Assembly: GCA_963798485.1 (NCBI GenBank)
Contig: CAWCTR010000007.1
Coordinates: forward strand, 384,001-448,000
Direction: 5' to 3'
Source of the DNA: an uncultured delta proteobacterium
GTDB lineage: Bacteria; Desulfobacterota; Desulfomonilia; UBA1062
DNA length: 64,000 nt
Part shown: in pieces, positions 62,198 through 64,000 of the stretch
How positions within the stretch are numbered: position 1 is the stretch's first letter
Layout: every line of letters starts with the position of its first letter
Made by a program: the position numbers and the translations under genes
Notes under the pieces: model-generated
The model's database searches: none
What the model was told of the DNA's origin: nothing
The model's input: the letters and a program-made list of their open reading frames with translations, nothing else

Positions 62198-63621
62198 TGT
62201 ACAACAGGGTTCTCATCGTTGACGATGATCCCGGGATACGGGAGACCATATCACAGATTATCAAAGAGCTCGGATATGATCCTGATACTGCCGCTGATGG
62301 TCTGGATGCATTGGCCATGCTGGATACAGGATCTTACCTATGCGTTTTCACCGATATCATGATGCCCAAGATGACCGGGATCGAGCTTATTAAAAAGATC
62401 AAGGCCCGCGACGTGTCGCTGCCGATCATTGTGATTACGGGTTATGCATCCCTGGAGATAGCCATTGATGCCATGAAATGCGGCGCCTCCGATTTCATCT
62501 CGAAACCCTTCAAGGTGAGCCAGATCCAGCTGTTGCTCAGCAAGGTTAAGCGGGAAAAACTCCTGCTTGAGGAGAACAAAAAATTCTCCGATGCCCTGCA
62601 GCTCCACCGCCTTATCGACAACCTTGCAGGCCAGTTGGAAGATAAAAATAAGGAGCTTACGTCTCTACAGGCCATCTCAGAAAAGATAATCAGCTTAAAA
62701 GGGATCCGCGATCTGGTGGGGGCCATTGTAGATGTCTCCAAGCAACTTCTCGAAGATGTCGACGTGCGTTTCTACCCTTTAAACCGGAAGACCCAGACAC
62801 TTATTGATACGAGCAATGGACAGGACAGAATCATCAGCACCGAGTTGATGGAGGGTAAGATCGTCAGGAGAAATAACTCGCTGGCAAGTTCAAAGCGGAA
62901 CTTCGCAACCATCTTTCCCCTCATGATCGAAGGCCAGGTGTTCGGGACCCTTGATATCCATTCGGATTCCATGCTCGGCGAAGAAAAAGAAGGCAAAATC
63001 CTCTACCTCCTCAACCGATCAGCCGAACGTATGGAGAACGTTGCTCTCTATGAGGGCCTGTATGAAAACATGCTCTCTACCCTTAACAGCATGGCCAAGA
63101 TCCTGGATGCCAGAGACCCGCACACATTACAGCATTCCACCAGGGTCACCAACTTATCTCTTGCTATGGCCACTATCCTCAAGCTCTCTGATGATGAAAA
63201 GGATGTGTTGTATATTGCCGCTTCGCTCCATGATATCGGTAAGGTGGGCATACCCGACAGCATACTCCTGAAACCCGGGCTGCTCACTGATGAAGAATTC
63301 GGGATCATCAAGCGGCATCCCGATATCGGTGCAGACATATTAAAGCCCCTTCCACCCATGTCTCGTGAGACGGATGTCATCCGTTATCACCATGAACGAT
63401 ATGACGGCAAAGGATACCCCTATGGGATCGGAGGCGAAGAAATCCCGCTGCTTTCACGCATAATCACCCTGGCCGATTCCTACGATGCCATGACCTCGGA
63501 CAGGCCTTACCGGAAAGGACTACCCATGGACAAGGCTATTGAAGAGGTCGTGCGCTGCATCGGGAGCCAGTTCGATCCTGAACTGGCAAAGTTGTTCATC
63601 AGTAAAGTAATCAGCGGCTGA
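62194..63621 (+). CDS. Response regulator with HD-GYP phosphodiesterase domain
   Basis: Receiver domain, LHDIGK, HHERYDGKGYP. Confidence 0.92.
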   Translation: MMYNRVLIVDDDPGIRETISQIIKELGYDPDTAADGLDALAMLDTGSYLCVFTDIMMPKMTGIELIKKIKARDVSLPIIVITGYASLEIAIDAMKCGASDFISKPFKVSQIQLLLSKVKREKLLLEENKKFSDALQLHRLIDNLAGQLEDKNKELTSLQAISEKIISLKGIRDLVGAIVDVSKQLLEDVDVRFYPLNRKTQTLIDTSNGQDRIISTELMEGKIVRRNNSLASSKRNFATIFPLMIEGQVFGTLDIHSDSMLGEEKEGKILYLLNRSAERMENVALYEGLYENMLSTLNSMAKILDARDPHTLQHSTRVTNLSLAMATILKLSDDEKDVLYIAASLHDIGKVGIPDSILLKPGLLTDEEFGIIKRHPDIGADILKPLPPMSRETDVIRYHHERYDGKGYPYGIGGEEIPLLSRIITLADSYDAMTSDRPYRKGLPMDKAIEEVVRCIGSQFDPELAKLFISKVISG

Positions 63622-63628
63622 ACGCCTC

Positions 63629-64000
63629 TTAAGGCACAGTGGCCTGGGGGGGAGGAAGCTGAACAGGCGCGTTCCCGACTGCTTTTGAAGGCCTCGAATT
63701 CATCTGTTCCACGAGGGTCTGGACCCTTTGACGTAATTGCTGGTTTTCCTGGACAAGGGCCTCGTTCTGGCCGGCGGTTGTCTTGAGGTCGGCATTCTCT
63801 TTCTCCAAGACCGAAAGCCTTTCATTGAGGCGCGCCATCTGGCTTTCTTCAGGGACACCCTGCTGTTTCTTCAAGGAGGCGATATCATTCTCCAGGGTAC
63901 TGAGCTTGCCTGACAGCTCCTGGTTCTTTTCTTCCAGGGTGGAGATGTAGGAGATGGTCTGCTTGAGGATTTCTTTGTAATCAGGATGCTGCTGTTTTCG
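63629..64000 (-). CDS. Coiled-coil protein, 3' part (5' end outside the window)
   Basis: The frame appears open to the window edge; heptad-rich sequence. Confidence 0.6.
   Translation of the reverse strand, partial: RKQQHPDYKEILKQTISYISTLEEKNQELSGKLSTLENDIASLKKQQGVPEESQMARLNERLSVLEKENADLKTTAGQNEALVQENQQLRQRVQTLVEQMNSRPSKAVGNAPVQLPPPQATVP

Overview
Bacterial chromosome segment with a deltaproteobacterial (Desulfobacterota-like) gene complement; the taxonomy is an inference from gene content. Bases 1-12231 are AT-richer accessory DNA. They contain the right end of one integrated element, then a complete ~10.4 kb element bounded by a 23-bp tRNA-3'-end direct repeat (1819-1841 / 12209-12231). 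That element encodes a tyrosine integrase, a small winged-HTH protein, an XRE-like regulator, a serine resolvase, two VPLPA-CTERM surface proteins, lipoproteins and an ISAzo13 insertion. Its most striking feature is a non-coding higher-order array (3273-3823): five ~120-bp modules, each an IHF-like header followed by phased octamers at a fixed 11-11-10-9-10 spacing, with a different octamer in each module. It resembles a library of P4 ori/crr-like sites on an element with no primase-helicase. The remaining ~52 kb is mostly housekeeping (GH57, rsmE, map, hisG, hisI, lpdA, pfkA, valS, birA, pilD, accA, dnaE, guaB, sppA, rpsA, hpt, ruvX, mltG). It also holds PEP-CTERM-system genes, a zinc-uptake cluster, a ZorABC locus lacking ZorD, and a PopZ-like acidic protein directly upstream of valS. 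All calls come from reading motifs by eye; no database searches were run.
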